From an uncultured Ardenticatenales bacterium (GTDB lineage Bacteria; Chloroflexota; Anaerolineae; Ardenticatenales; JAADHH01), in contig CAZDTE010000002.1 of NCBI GenBank assembly GCA_964508275.1, forward strand, positions 1 through 60,539: 60,539 bases of DNA, read 5' to 3'. The notes below the pieces were generated by a model that saw nothing but the letters and a program-made list of their open reading frames with translations, searched no databases and was not told where the DNA came from. A program made the translations under genes and the position numbers. Shown here in pieces: positions 15,032 through 24,898 of the stretch (positions are counted from its first letter, which is position 1; each line of letters opens with the position of its first letter).

Positions 15032-16891
15032 ATGGTGAGCAGTCAGCGGCTTGCGGTCGGACGTTCTGGCTGGAGGGGGCTATGGCCGTACAGCGCCCTG
15101 TTTGTCGCCGCGGTATTGGTCTACCTGAGCACCCTTGCTCCCACCATTGCCACCCTCTTCGATGATAGTCTGGAGTTCCAGCTTGTAGCCTTCCAGCCGG
15201 GGATTGCCCACCCCACCGGCTATCCCTTGTACACGCTGTTGGGCAAGCTCTTCACCTGGCTGCCTCCCGGCGATGTGGCCTTCCGGGTAAACCTGTTCTC
15301 TGCGGTGGCGGCGGCGGGCGCCGTGGCCGCCCTGGCCGGGCTGCTCCGGCATCTGGGACTCGGCTGGCCGGCTGCTGTGACGGGGGCCGTGGCTTTCGCC
15401 CTCTCGCGCACGTTCTGGTCCCAGGCGGTGATTGCCGAGGTGTATGCCCTGCACGCGCTCCTCGTCGTTCTCGCCTTGCTGGCTACCGTTCGGCTCACCG
15501 CCAATGCTACGGCGACTCGCCGTGCCTGGTACGCCTGGGCGCTGATCCTCGGGCTGGGTCTGGCCCACCACCGCACAATCCTGCTCCTCTGGCCTGCGCT
15601 GCTCATCTACCTCGCGTGGGCGCGGATGCAGGGGGACGAGAAACTGAATCTCCCCTGGCCGGGGATGGGGGCTGCCTTCCTGCTGCCTCTCCTGCTGTAC
15701 CTCTACATCCCCCTGCGCGGGATGGCAGTGACGTCGCTCGACAGCACCTACGAGAACACCTGGGCCGGCTTCTGGCGATGGGTCACGGCCAGCGGCTACG
15801 GCGGGTTTTTCACGGACAACCCTCTGGCCCCACACTATACCGTGTTCGACTACGTGGCGTTATTCAATCACCAGTTCGGGTTGATTGGCTGGCTGCTGGC
15901 CGGGTTTGGCCTGGTCGCCGGCTGGCGGCAGAACGGTCGAGTCACCGTGCTGCTCCTGTTGACTGCGCTGACCAACCTGCTGTTTGCGTTCAGCTATCGG
16001 GTCTCGGATGTGGACGTGTTCTTCATCCCCGTCTTCCTCGTAGTCGCGGCCTTCATTGGGTGGGGCGGGCAAGCGATCCTGGACTGGCCGGCCCTCCGGC
16101 GACGGATCGGGACATCCCGGCTGGGGCATGGCGTCTTGCTGGCCTTGCTGATCGTCGGCATGGTCCCAACGTGGTGGGCTTCGTACCGGGCTGATGACCG
16201 CAGCGACCGGTGGGAGGTTTACGACGATGGATGGGATGCGATGCACCAGCCGCTGCCGGACGGCGCTGTCGTCATCGGCATCCTGGGTGAGGTGACGCGC
16301 CTACGCTACTTCCAGCAGACCGCCGGCGTGCGGCCCGACCTGCGCACCGTGGCCGCCGACCGGGAGCCGGACCGGCTGGCCGCTGTTGGCCGGCAGATCG
16401 CCGAAGGACGCGTGGTTTATCTGACTCGCCCACTGCCCGGCGTCGAAGAGCGTTACTCGCTGGCCGCTGAAGGGCCGCTGATCCGTGTGCGCTCGGAACC
16501 GCTAGCGGCTCCTCCGGACACAGCCACCCCGATCGGGCGGGCGGTCGCCGAGGGTATCAGCCTGCTGGCCTACCGGCAAGAGCGGTTGGACCGTCACGAC
16601 GGCGACCGGCTGCGGCTCACCCTCTACTGGCAGCCGGCCGGAGCCGTGACCGCTTCCCTGAAAGTCTCCGCTCGCTTGCTGGACGGGGCGGGGAAAATGG
16701 TTGCCCAACGAGATAGCATTCCCGTCCACAACGCCTATCCCACGACGGCGTGGCGCGCCGGCGAGGTCATCCCCGACGTGTACGACCTGCCGCTGCCTGC
16801 ACAGCCGCGGGCATTCGACCGGGTGTCGGTCATCCTCTATGACCCGATCGATCTGCACGAGATCGGCAGGATTGAATGGTCGCCAGATTGA
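15032..16891 (+). CDS. DUF2723 / TMEM260-like GT-C membrane glycosyltransferase with a C-terminal YWQ beta-domain
   Basis: The N-terminus LSTLAPTIATLFDDSLEFQLVAFQPGIAHPTGYPLYTLLG matches the DUF2723 signature region as I remember it. It is polytopic. The C-terminal module LRLTLYWQPAG..KVSARLLDGAG..AQRD is like that of the 7301-9646 protein. Confidence 0.85.
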   Translation: MVSSQRLAVGRSGWRGLWPYSALFVAAVLVYLSTLAPTIATLFDDSLEFQLVAFQPGIAHPTGYPLYTLLGKLFTWLPPGDVAFRVNLFSAVAAAGAVAALAGLLRHLGLGWPAAVTGAVAFALSRTFWSQAVIAEVYALHALLVVLALLATVRLTANATATRRAWYAWALILGLGLAHHRTILLLWPALLIYLAWARMQGDEKLNLPWPGMGAAFLLPLLLYLYIPLRGMAVTSLDSTYENTWAGFWRWVTASGYGGFFTDNPLAPHYTVFDYVALFNHQFGLIGWLLAGFGLVAGWRQNGRVTVLLLLTALTNLLFAFSYRVSDVDVFFIPVFLVVAAFIGWGGQAILDWPALRRRIGTSRLGHGVLLALLIVGMVPTWWASYRADDRSDRWEVYDDGWDAMHQPLPDGAVVIGILGEVTRLRYFQQTAGVRPDLRTVAADREPDRLAAVGRQIAEGRVVYLTRPLPGVEERYSLAAEGPLIRVRSEPLAAPPDTATPIGRAVAEGISLLAYRQERLDRHDGDRLRLTLYWQPAGAVTASLKVSARLLDGAGKMVAQRDSIPVHNAYPTTAWRAGEVIPDVYDLPLPAQPRAFDRVSVILYDPIDLHEIGRIEWSPD

Positions 16892-16916
16892 CAAACCACC
16901 GTGATTGCATTACAAT
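16888..16916 (+). promoter_or_regulatory. Sigma70-type promoter of ssb (TTGACA-17-TACAAT)
   Basis: The TTGACA at 16888-16893 overlaps the stop codon of the upstream gene. TACAAT is at 16911-16916. Confidence 0.65.
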
Positions 16917-16978
16917 GTGGACATCTGTTCGTCAACACCTTCCACCGTTCTGTTCAGCATAGAAAAGGAGCTATCATC

Positions 16979-17401
16979 ATGTATCACAAAGTTATCCTGG
17001 CTGGTCACTTGGGGCGTGACCCGGAGATGCGCTACACCGCCGAGGGCAATCCGGTTACCAATTTCAACGTGGCAACTTCGCGCCGCTGGACCGGGCGTGA
17101 CGGCGAACAACGTGAGGAGACCATCTGGTGGCGCATCTCCGTTTGGGGCAAGCAAGCGGAGACCGCCAACGAATACCTCTTCAAGGGACGCCCTGTTCTG
17201 GTTGAAGGGAGTATGGTGATAGACCCGCAGACCAACGGCCCACGAGTCTGGACGGGTCAGGATGGCCAGCCCCGCGCTTCCTTCGAAGTTCGTGCCCAGA
17301 CCGTGCGTTTCCTCGGACGCGGTGGAGAGGCGGCCCCAGGCGGGGCCGATGGCTCTGCCGCCGGGGAAGGGCCTATCTCCGAGGAAGAAGTGCCGTTCTA
17401 G
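16979..17401 (+). CDS. ssb: Single-stranded DNA-binding protein
   Basis: Trimmed to MYHKVILAGHLGRDPEMRYT (OB-fold SSB N-terminus). Gly/Ala-rich tail ending in the acidic EEEVPF tip. AAAAGGAG RBS upstream of ATG 16979. Confidence 0.93.
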   Translation: MYHKVILAGHLGRDPEMRYTAEGNPVTNFNVATSRRWTGRDGEQREETIWWRISVWGKQAETANEYLFKGRPVLVEGSMVIDPQTNGPRVWTGQDGQPRASFEVRAQTVRFLGRGGEAAPGGADGSAAGEGPISEEEVPF

Positions 17402-17425
17402 CCAGTTGCTTGGAGCACAGCTGAT

Positions 17426-17476
17426 CCCTCCCCCCCTTCACCCTCTGATTTCGGTGGGAGAAGGGGGCTTGGAGGG
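17426..17476 (+). other. Long imperfect GC-rich hairpin after ssb (terminator-like, no U tract)
   Basis: CCCTCC+CCCCCTT pairs with AAGGGGG+GGAGGG around a loop at TCTGATTTCGGT. It is followed by ATGAGGGG, not a T run. Confidence 0.35.
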
Positions 17477-17573
17477 ATGAGGGGGGTCAGACGTGTCGCG
17501 CGTTGGCGTTGCCAAGAGGCAGCCGCGTTTCTCGTCCGTTGTGGGGTGCGGTCGGTGAGGGAAGGACACACTG

Positions 17574-18227
17574 GTGGATAATCTGGAAACGATCGTTGAA
17601 GGGGTTGTGACTCGGCTCGAGGAGACGAATCGAGTGCGAGAAGAAACCCTCGTTGCCTCCCGGCGCATCATTCAACACGCCGCGAAGGCGATTCGCGCGG
17701 CGCACCGTGCCGAGTTCGAGCAGGCGGAAGCGATCCTGGAAGAAGCGCGCCGGCTGGTTCGCGAGCTGGGCGCACGGACGCGTGCTCACCCCCTCATCTA
17801 CGCTGCCGGATACGTCCATGACGCCGAGAAGGAGTTTGCCGAAGCGTGTCTGACGCTGGCCATGATTCGGGGCGACCATTTGCCGGGGCCCGCAGCACTG
17901 GAGGTCCGAGATTCCGCGTACCTGAACGGCCTGGGGGAGGCGGTGGGGGAAATGCGCCGGCACGCGCTCGACCTGATTCGCCGAGGCCATCTGGATCGCG
18001 CGGAAGCCATCCTCGCCGTTATGGAAGATGTGTATGGTCTGTTGGTCACCGTTGATTTTCCCCATGCCATCACCGGCAACATTCGCCGGACCACAGACAT
18101 GGTGCGCGGCGTTGTCGAGCGGACTCGCGGCGATGTCACCTCCACGATCAAACAGCAAGAGTTGCGCCACGCGCTGGCTCGCTTCGAGGAGCGCATTACC
18201 CGCCAGGCCAACCTGGATAGCGAATAG
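17574..18227 (+). CDS. Translin/TRAX-family protein
   Basis: 217 aa, all-helical in appearance. KEFAEA (an ExxE motif as in TRAX QEYVEA) and YLNGLGEAVGEMRR (the Y-L-x-G-x-x-D/E-x-x-GE-x-x-R translin signature). GTG start. Confidence 0.72.
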   Translation: MDNLETIVEGVVTRLEETNRVREETLVASRRIIQHAAKAIRAAHRAEFEQAEAILEEARRLVRELGARTRAHPLIYAAGYVHDAEKEFAEACLTLAMIRGDHLPGPAALEVRDSAYLNGLGEAVGEMRRHALDLIRRGHLDRAEAILAVMEDVYGLLVTVDFPHAITGNIRRTTDMVRGVVERTRGDVTSTIKQQELRHALARFEERITRQANLDSE

Positions 18228-18272
18228 CCAAATGCTGATGTCGGATTGTGATGGCCGGCGTCTGATTGTCGA

Positions 18273-20540
18273 TTGCTGATGACAGATGAAACCCTCGAGC
18301 AACTGAATCCGGCCCAACACGAAGCGGTCGTGCTGGCGGACGGGCCGGTTCTTGTGCTGGCCGGGCCTGGGTCGGGGAAGACGCGAGTCCTGACCCAGCG
18401 TGTGGCCTATCTCGTCCGTTCGTGTGGCGTGCAGCCTTGGCAGATACTGGCGGTGACCTTCACGAACAAGGCGGCCCGTGAGATGCGCGACCGTCTGACG
18501 AGACTGCTCGGACCTGCGGTCGACGCGGTCACGATCGGGACCTTCCACGCGACCTGCGCCCGGATCTTGCGTCGCCATATCGATCGCCTGGGTTTCGACA
18601 ACCGCTTCACCATCTACGACTCCCGCGATCAGCAGAGCCTGATCAAACAGGCTCTGAAGACGCTCGACCTGGATGATAAGCGGTACCGACCACCGGCCGT
18701 GCACGGGACCATCTCTCACGCCAAGAATGACCTCCTCACGCCCGACGACTTCACCAAGCGTACGTCCACGTATTGGGAAGAGGTGGTGGCGCGCGTTTAC
18801 GTCGAATACCAGGAGCTTTTGGAGACCAACAACGCCCTGGATTTCGACGACCTGCTCATGAAGGCGGTCGAACTGTTCCGGACACAACCGGACGTATTGG
18901 AGACATATCTGGCGCGCTATCGCTATCTCCACGTGGACGAGTGGCAGGACACGAACATGGCGCAATATGAACTGGTGCGGTTGCTGGCGGCGAAGCACAG
19001 CAACATCTTCGTCGTCGGTGATCCGGACCAGTCGATCTACTCCTGGCGCGGTGCCGACTATCGCAACGTACACCGGTTCCAGCGTGACTATCCACAGGCT
19101 CACGTGGTGCTTTTGGAGCAGAATTACCGTTCCACGCAGACCATCCTGGACGCCGCGCGCCAGGTGATCGCCAAGAATCCGGGGCGTACCGACAAGCGGC
19201 TGTGGACCAAGCAAGAGGGTGGCCCGCTGATCACGTTGTTCGAGGCCTACGATGAGGAAGAGGAAGCAGGCTTTGTGGCCCGGGAGATCGGGCGTATGGT
19301 CAGGCAGCAGCAAGTCCGGTTGGGAGATTGCGCCGTCATGTACCGCACGAACGCGCAGTCCCGCGCGCTGGAAGATGCGTTTGCTCAACATGCCTTACCC
19401 TACAGGCTGGTGGGGGCGATCCGCTTCTACGAGCGGCGCGAGATCAAGGACATGCTGGCCTACTTGCGCGTCATTCACTCTCCGTTCGATGGCGTTAGCC
19501 TGGATCGCATCATTAACGTGCCGCCTCGGGGCATCGGTAAGAAGACGGTGGGCTCATTGCGGCGGTGGGCCGGCCAATTGGGTGTACCCGCCTACGTAGC
19601 CTTGCAGGTTTTGCAGTCCGTGGTCAGTGGCGATCAAGCGGTGGAAGGCCTGGCCGCGCCACCGCCCTTCGCCACCCGGGCCCGCACGCAGTTGCTGGCC
19701 TTCCTGGCCTTGATCGATAGGTTGATCAACGCTCAGCAGAACATGAACCTGCCAGAACTTCTGCGGGAAGTGGCCCGCGCGTCAGGGTACGAAGCGTCCC
19801 TGCGGGATGACACACCGGAGGGGCAAGAACGATGGGCTAACGTCTTGGCGCTGATCGGCAAGGCACAGGACTATGCCTATCTGGAAACAGAGGAGGCCCT
19901 GGCCACCTTCTTGGAAGACGCGTCGCTGGTTGCGGACGTGGATGAGTTGGAAGAGGGGCAGAAAGCGGTGACCCTGCTGACGCTGCACGCAGCCAAGGGC
20001 CTGGAGTTTCCGGTGGTGTTCATCACCGGTATGGAGGAGGGAATCTTTCCGCACAGTCGCTCGATGGACGACCCGGAGCAGATGCAGGAAGAGCGCCGGC
20101 TCTGTTACGTGGGGATCACGCGGTCCAAGCAGTACCTCTATCTCTTGCGCGCGTTTCGCCGGTCGCTGTACGGCCAGGTCGATTATCGGGACGCCTCGCG
20201 CTTTCTAGGCGATCTTTCGCCTAGCCTGCTGCAAGGGGCACGGCGTGCTGAGCGGCGTACGTGGCAACGCGATCTCGGGCTGGGTGCCGGGCGGTACCGC
20301 AAATCGGCCGGGGCGTGGGGTACGGATTCTGCGCCAGCCGCTCAGGCCACGGCGGCCCAATCGCCGCTGGGGGAGCCGCAGTTCCGTGCCGGCGACCGGG
20401 TGCGTCATGCGTCCTTTGGCGAGGGGGTCGTCATCAGCAGCGTCGCGAAGAACGACGACGAGGAAGTAACGGTCGCTTTCGTCGGCCAGAAGCCGAAGCG
20501 TCTGCTGGCCAGCTTCGCGAAGTTGGAAAAGGTATCCTAG
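18273..20540 (+). CDS. pcrA: ATP-dependent DNA helicase PcrA/UvrD (SF1)
   Basis: 755 aa. LNPAQHEAV, Walker [16 protein letters not shown] (motif II), [14 protein letters not shown], and a C-terminal Tudor-like tail [17 protein letters not shown]. Confidence 0.93.
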   Translation: MLMTDETLEQLNPAQHEAVVLADGPVLVLAGPGSGKTRVLTQRVAYLVRSCGVQPWQILAVTFTNKAAREMRDRLTRLLGPAVDAVTIGTFHATCARILRRHIDRLGFDNRFTIYDSRDQQSLIKQALKTLDLDDKRYRPPAVHGTISHAKNDLLTPDDFTKRTSTYWEEVVARVYVEYQELLETNNALDFDDLLMKAVELFRTQPDVLETYLARYRYLHVDEWQDTNMAQYELVRLLAAKHSNIFVVGDPDQSIYSWRGADYRNVHRFQRDYPQAHVVLLEQNYRSTQTILDAARQVIAKNPGRTDKRLWTKQEGGPLITLFEAYDEEEEAGFVAREIGRMVRQQQVRLGDCAVMYRTNAQSRALEDAFAQHALPYRLVGAIRFYERREIKDMLAYLRVIHSPFDGVSLDRIINVPPRGIGKKTVGSLRRWAGQLGVPAYVALQVLQSVVSGDQAVEGLAAPPPFATRARTQLLAFLALIDRLINAQQNMNLPELLREVARASGYEASLRDDTPEGQERWANVLALIGKAQDYAYLETEEALATFLEDASLVADVDELEEGQKAVTLLTLHAAKGLEFPVVFITGMEEGIFPHSRSMDDPEQMQEERRLCYVGITRSKQYLYLLRAFRRSLYGQVDYRDASRFLGDLSPSLLQGARRAERRTWQRDLGLGAGRYRKSAGAWGTDSAPAAQATAAQSPLGEPQFRAGDRVRHASFGEGVVISSVAKNDDEEVTVAFVGQKPKRLLASFAKLEKVS

Positions 20541-20602
20541 AGGGTGGTCCTTTACCTGGCCCAGATCGAGAAATCCGGCGAAGCGGCAGGAGAGAACACA
20601 AG

Positions 20603-21676
20603 ATGTTAGACAAAGTGATGAGAATCGTGGAACGCTACGACGAATTAGATCAATTGATGGCGTCTCCAGAGGTGGCGACAAACCACCAGAAACTTGCGGC
20701 GTATGCCAGAGAGCAGAGCGAAATCGCGCCAATCGTGCATGCCTGTCGGGAGTACAAGCGAGGTCAACGAGAGATCGAGGACGTCCAACAGATGCTGGAG
20801 GAGGAGACGGACCGCGAGATGCGCGAGATGCTACTCGAGGCGCTCGACTCGCTGGGGGCCGACAGTGCGCGCCTGGTCGACGAAATGATGCACATGCTGG
20901 TGCCCAAGGACCCGGACGACAAGCGCGACACGATCGTGGAGATCCGTGCCGGGCCGGGAGGGGAGGAAGCAGCGCTCTTCGCCGCGGACCTCTATCGCAT
21001 GTATTCCCGTTATGCCGAAGATCACCGTTGGAAGACGGCACTGCTGAGCAGCAATGCTACCGGCATTGGCGGGTTCAAGGAGGTGATCTTCGAGGTGAAG
21101 GGGCCGGGCGCCTACTCCCGACTAAAGTACGAGTCGGGGGTACATCGGGTGCAGCGTGTGCCGGTAACCGAGTCGAGCGGGCGCATCCATACGTCCACGG
21201 CAACTGTGGCCGTCTTGCCGGAAGTGAATGAGGTGGAAGTGAATATCCACCCGGACGACCTGCGCATAGACATCTTCCGGTCATCGGGACATGGTGGGCA
21301 GAGTGTGAACACGACCGATTCGGCGGTGCGGATGACGCATTTGCCCACGGGCCTGGTCGTCACCTGCCAGGATGAACGCTCACAATTGCAGAACCGGTTG
21401 CGTGCCCTCGCTATCTTGCGTGCCCGACTCTACGACAGGGAACAGCAGCGGCAGCGCGCGAAGATCACCGAGGCCCGGCGGTCTCAGATCGGCACGGGCG
21501 ACCGCAGCGAGAAGATCCGCACATACAACTTTCCCCAGAATCGAGTGACCGACCACCGGATCGGCAAGACGATCCATCGCCTGGACGCAACACTCGATGG
21601 CGATCTGGACGAGTTCCTGGACGAACTGGCTGCTCACGACCAGGCGGAGAAACTGAAAGCGCTGGCCGTCGCATAG
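20603..21676 (+). CDS. prfA: Peptide chain release factor 1
   Basis: Trimmed to [15 protein letters not shown]. Has the PVT (RF1-type PxT) tripeptide in RVPVTES and the GGQ motif in [10 protein letters not shown]. Confidence 0.95.
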   Translation: MLDKVMRIVERYDELDQLMASPEVATNHQKLAAYAREQSEIAPIVHACREYKRGQREIEDVQQMLEEETDREMREMLLEALDSLGADSARLVDEMMHMLVPKDPDDKRDTIVEIRAGPGGEEAALFAADLYRMYSRYAEDHRWKTALLSSNATGIGGFKEVIFEVKGPGAYSRLKYESGVHRVQRVPVTESSGRIHTSTATVAVLPEVNEVEVNIHPDDLRIDIFRSSGHGGQSVNTTDSAVRMTHLPTGLVVTCQDERSQLQNRLRALAILRARLYDREQQRQRAKITEARRSQIGTGDRSEKIRTYNFPQNRVTDHRIGKTIHRLDATLDGDLDEFLDELAAHDQAEKLKALAVA

Positions 21677-21777
21677 ATCGTCCGGCGGACGGGCGGAGGC
21701 TCCCCGCCGGCGGCCGCTTTGGCGCGACCGGCAACCGTGGCTCCGGCGCACAACGTTTCGCCGTTTCCGAAAAGTTG

Positions 21778-21786
21778 TGCTATAAT
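21778..21786 (+). promoter_or_regulatory. Extended -10 element (TGcTATAAT) ahead of the small-protein pair
   Basis: Read directly. I saw no good -35 hexamer. Confidence 0.4.
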
Positions 21787-21909
21787 AATCACGTGGAGTA
21801 GTCCGAAAACGTAACTACCCTGACAACGTTCTGGTTGTGTTCGCAACGTAATGTGGCCTTGTCAAAGCAGTCACGTTTTCTGCTTGCTGACAAAAGGGGG
21901 TACGTCATT

Positions 21910-22125
21910 ATGGTCAAGGGCACGGCACCCAAACCCAATTATGAGGCCATGTTGTGCTCGGTCGGTCGTTTCCTGGACAGACAAGGCAATATCCGCGATG
22001 TCAACATCGTCGAGTTTCAGGAAGGGATAATTGTCCAGGGCCTCCAGCATGAATCCACTCGCTATCACACATCCTGGATAAACAAGACGTGGGTGTTCGA
22101 CCACAATGAGGTTTTGCAGCTATAG
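21910..22125 (+). CDS. Small protein of unknown function, paralog 1 (71 aa)
   Basis: MVKGTAPKPNYEAMLCSVGRFLDRQGNIRDVNIVEFQEGIIVQG... aligns with the next gene. AAGGGGG lies ~10 nt upstream of ATG 21910. The ORF could instead start at 21835. Confidence 0.6.
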   Translation: MVKGTAPKPNYEAMLCSVGRFLDRQGNIRDVNIVEFQEGIIVQGLQHESTRYHTSWINKTWVFDHNEVLQL

Positions 22126-22199
22126 CCGCCGTACCACTCGTGCAGTGGGGGTGCTGAGCCCGTGTGCGGCGCCCGAACGGAGCAAAGGGCAGGAGGGAC

Positions 22200-22526
22200 A
22201 TGAAACTGTTCGATGGCATGGGAAAAACCGATTATCAAGATGTCCTGCGTGCCGTAGGCCGTTTGGTTGACGAATACGGTTACCGGGACATCCGGATGTT
22301 TGAAACAGAGGACGGCTTGATCCTGCAGGGGCGGAGGCTGACGGGAAAGATAGATGCCCCCGCTGGGGCGTATGAGACGACGTTCTTCACGGATCAAGAC
22401 GTGGAGACGATCCTTTCCGAGTCATATCGCCTGCGAAAGCCCTCTGCGTCGGGCAAGTTGGCCGATGCCACGCCGGCGACGACCACCACCTTGCTGCGCA
22501 AACTAAAAACCCGGAGGGACGGATGA
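22200..22526 (+). CDS. Small protein of unknown function, paralog 2 (108 aa, basic Thr-rich tail)
   Basis: MKLFDGMGKTDYQDVLRAVGRLVDEYGYRDIRMFETEDGLILQG... is homologous to paralog 1. AGGAGG lies immediately upstream. An alternative GTG start is at 22164. Confidence 0.65.
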   Translation: MKLFDGMGKTDYQDVLRAVGRLVDEYGYRDIRMFETEDGLILQGRRLTGKIDAPAGAYETTFFTDQDVETILSESYRLRKPSASGKLADATPATTTTLLRKLKTRRDG

Positions 22527-22572
22527 CTTCCGATCGTGGGAGTCTCGCGTCCTATGTTGACGGAGCGTCTCT

Positions 22573-22989
22573 ATGGGACAGGTAAAGCTGAGGTGGGTAG
22601 AGAAACGGCAATTCGTGGGTACGGACAGCAGCAAGCACTCGGTTGTTTTGTCTTCACAGGACCCCGAAAATGGCACCGGTATGCGCCCGGCCGAGTTGCT
22701 GCTTGTAGCCCTGGGGGGCTGTGCGGCCTATGACGTGGTTGGCATTATGGAGAAGAAGCGCCAACCGCTGGCCGGCCTGGAGTTGCACATCACCGGCGAG
22801 CAGGATACGGCCCCCCCGTGGGCCTTCAACCAGATCCACGTCGAATACGTTGCGTACGGTGAAGGCATCTCCGAAACTGCGCTCGCGCAAGCGATCAAGT
22901 TGTCGGAAGAGCAATACTGTTCGGTGAGCGCTACGCTGTCTGGAGTCGCCGAGATTACGAGCAGCTACCGGATCAATCCGGCGTCGTAG
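22573..22989 (+). CDS. OsmC/Ohr-family peroxiredoxin-like protein (copy 1)
   Basis: 138 aa with two conserved Cys in LGGCAAYDV and EQYCSVSATL, at OsmC-typical spacing. Confidence 0.88.
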   Translation: MGQVKLRWVEKRQFVGTDSSKHSVVLSSQDPENGTGMRPAELLLVALGGCAAYDVVGIMEKKRQPLAGLELHITGEQDTAPPWAFNQIHVEYVAYGEGISETALAQAIKLSEEQYCSVSATLSGVAEITSSYRINPAS

Positions 22990-23133
22990 CGTTTCGCCCC
23001 CGCGGTCGGGCACAACCAAGGATGAAAAAGGTGCACCTCGCTCGCCGAAGCCTGCCCCAACAAGCAGGCGGTCTGCTTGAACGGGCGGGCGGCTCAGCAG
23101 GGACATTCGCCCGGCGGGACCAACGACTGACAT

Positions 23134-23161
23134 CATCTGACTACTGGCATCTGGCTACTGT
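23134..23161 (+). promoter_or_regulatory. Tandem 14-nt direct repeat (CATCTGACTACTGG / CATCTGGCTACTGT) 25-50 nt upstream of the HEAT-repeat gene
   Basis: Two adjacent copies differing at 2 positions. Read directly. Function unknown. Confidence 0.3.
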
Positions 23162-23185
23162 TTTCAAGACAGGAGGAAAACCCTG

Positions 23186-24184
23186 ATGGACGCTGAAAGC
23201 CCATCGCCTGGTTCGCGGACTGTGTCGCCGGACGATGAACAGATCATCCAGGCGGCGACCGCTGACGATCTGGCCACTGTGGAACGCCTGCTACGCAAGC
23301 TTCTCAGCTCCGATCGCTGGGAGGAATCCACGATTGACATTGCCTTGCGCAACACGACCGACCAGGGACTGTGGAGCCGGCTGCTGGAGGCGCTTGCCCA
23401 ACGCACCTGGGGCGGGCAACCCGTATCGGTCGCCTCCCCGTCCATTGCGGCAGGCCGGTCGCTTGACCTGAAGTTGCGGAGCCTGTTCTTGGACGAAGGA
23501 GGCGCTGGGGAGGACGCGCGCTTGTCGGCCCTGCTGGAAGGCCAAGCAAGCGACAGCCCCCCGGTTTGGCAATTGGCTGCGCTACTCCTCGGCCAGCGTG
23601 GAGACGATCGGGCCACTGAGGCTCTGTTGCGCGCGTTGCGGGAAGGTGATCACAAGCTCCAGGCCCGGGTTGCCGAGGTGCTGAGCAACCTGGAATCCGA
23701 CCAGGTCGTGGCCCCACTGATCGATCTCCTGGCGACCGGCGATGATGTCGCTCACTGGGAAGCTGCCAAATCCCTCGTCGACCTGGGTGCGCGGGCCGTG
23801 CCGGAACTTTGTGGTGCCCTGCAAGGGACGGGTGACGATCACCTGCGCTGGCACATCACGCGGGCCTTGGGCGAAATCGGTGACGCGCGGGCCATCCCTG
23901 TGCTCATCGAGTTGCTGGCCGATGAGAGCGCCGGCGTGCGCTGGCGCTCTGCCGAGGCACTGGTGGCCATCGGCCCGGAATCTGTCCCGGCATTGCTGCG
24001 CAAACTGTCCACAGAGAAACTGACTCCATGGCTGCGGAACAGCGCACTGGCGGTGCTGCGCGGCACGGGGGGCAGGGACACGATGGCACGCATGCGACCG
24101 TTGGTGGACGCCCTGGAGAGTCGCGAAGCCCCGGTACAGGCCCCGGTCGTGGCCGGCAGGATCATGGAGCAGATCGGGCACTGA
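23186..24184 (+). CDS. HEAT-repeat (PBS-lyase-like) protein
   Basis: 332 aa with repeated helical units containing the recurring pattern (V/A)R..AA.ALG.IGD..A...L..LL.D. Confidence 0.8.
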   Translation: MDAESPSPGSRTVSPDDEQIIQAATADDLATVERLLRKLLSSDRWEESTIDIALRNTTDQGLWSRLLEALAQRTWGGQPVSVASPSIAAGRSLDLKLRSLFLDEGGAGEDARLSALLEGQASDSPPVWQLAALLLGQRGDDRATEALLRALREGDHKLQARVAEVLSNLESDQVVAPLIDLLATGDDVAHWEAAKSLVDLGARAVPELCGALQGTGDDHLRWHITRALGEIGDARAIPVLIELLADESAGVRWRSAEALVAIGPESVPALLRKLSTEKLTPWLRNSALAVLRGTGGRDTMARMRPLVDALESREAPVQAPVVAGRIMEQIGH

Positions 24185-24461
24185 CGGCGGTCGAAACGGT
24201 GACCGATCAAGCGGTGGGTATGACGCAAAACTGTGGGGAGTTGTCGGCGTTGTCCTGCACGGTTGAAAGGGCGAGGCATTCCTTTCCAGGTGGGGTCTTC
24301 CCAGTGGGGGGGGCAGAGCCAAGGGGTTTGCCCCTCTCAGGGGTCTGCAGGAATGCATCGCCCCTAATCCAGTCACCATACGTTGATCCACACTCTTGCG
24401 CTATACCTGGTGCGGGTCTGCGTCTGAGAGAAGCAAACATCAACAAGGGAGAACAGATCAA

Positions 24462-24887
24462 ATGGCCGATGCGCAGGTGACCTGGATCGGGGGGATGGCC
24501 TTTGAAGGCACGACCCCTACAGGTCACACCGTGGTGCTCGATGCAGATGAATCGGTGGGTGGAGAGAATGGTGGGTTCCGCCCCCTCTCTCTACTCCTGG
24601 TGGGGCTGGCTGGCTGTACGGCAATGGACGTCATTTCCATCTTGCGCAAGAAGAGGCAAGACGTCACCGGCTTGCAGGTCCGCGTGGAAGCAGAACGGGC
24701 CCCGGAACACCCCAAGATCTACACCGACATCGTTCTGGAGTTCATTGTGCAGGGACATGGCGTTGCCGAAGGGGCCGTCGCGCGGGCGATAGAGCTGTCC
24801 GAGACCAAGTATTGCTCTGCATCCGGGATGTTGAGCAAGGCTGCTCGGATTACGACGCGCTACCGGATCGAGGAAGCCCCATCCTGA
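24462..24887 (+). CDS. OsmC/Ohr-family peroxiredoxin-like protein (copy 2)
   Basis: Trimmed to MADAQVTWIGG. Conserved Cys in LAGCTAMDV and TKYCSASGML. Confidence 0.88.
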   Translation: MADAQVTWIGGMAFEGTTPTGHTVVLDADESVGGENGGFRPLSLLLVGLAGCTAMDVISILRKKRQDVTGLQVRVEAERAPEHPKIYTDIVLEFIVQGHGVAEGAVARAIELSETKYCSASGMLSKAARITTRYRIEEAPS

Positions 24888-24898
24888 CCTGACGCCCC

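Noticed and set aside
17487-19391. A 634-aa minus-strand ORF
   Set aside because: It lies antisense to the translin-like gene and pcrA, both of which have canonical motifs. Its composition is junk-like.
20603-21676. A programmed +1 frameshift, as found in release factor genes
   Set aside because: This is RF1 (PVT motif), not RF2. The ORF is continuous from the ATG to the stop.
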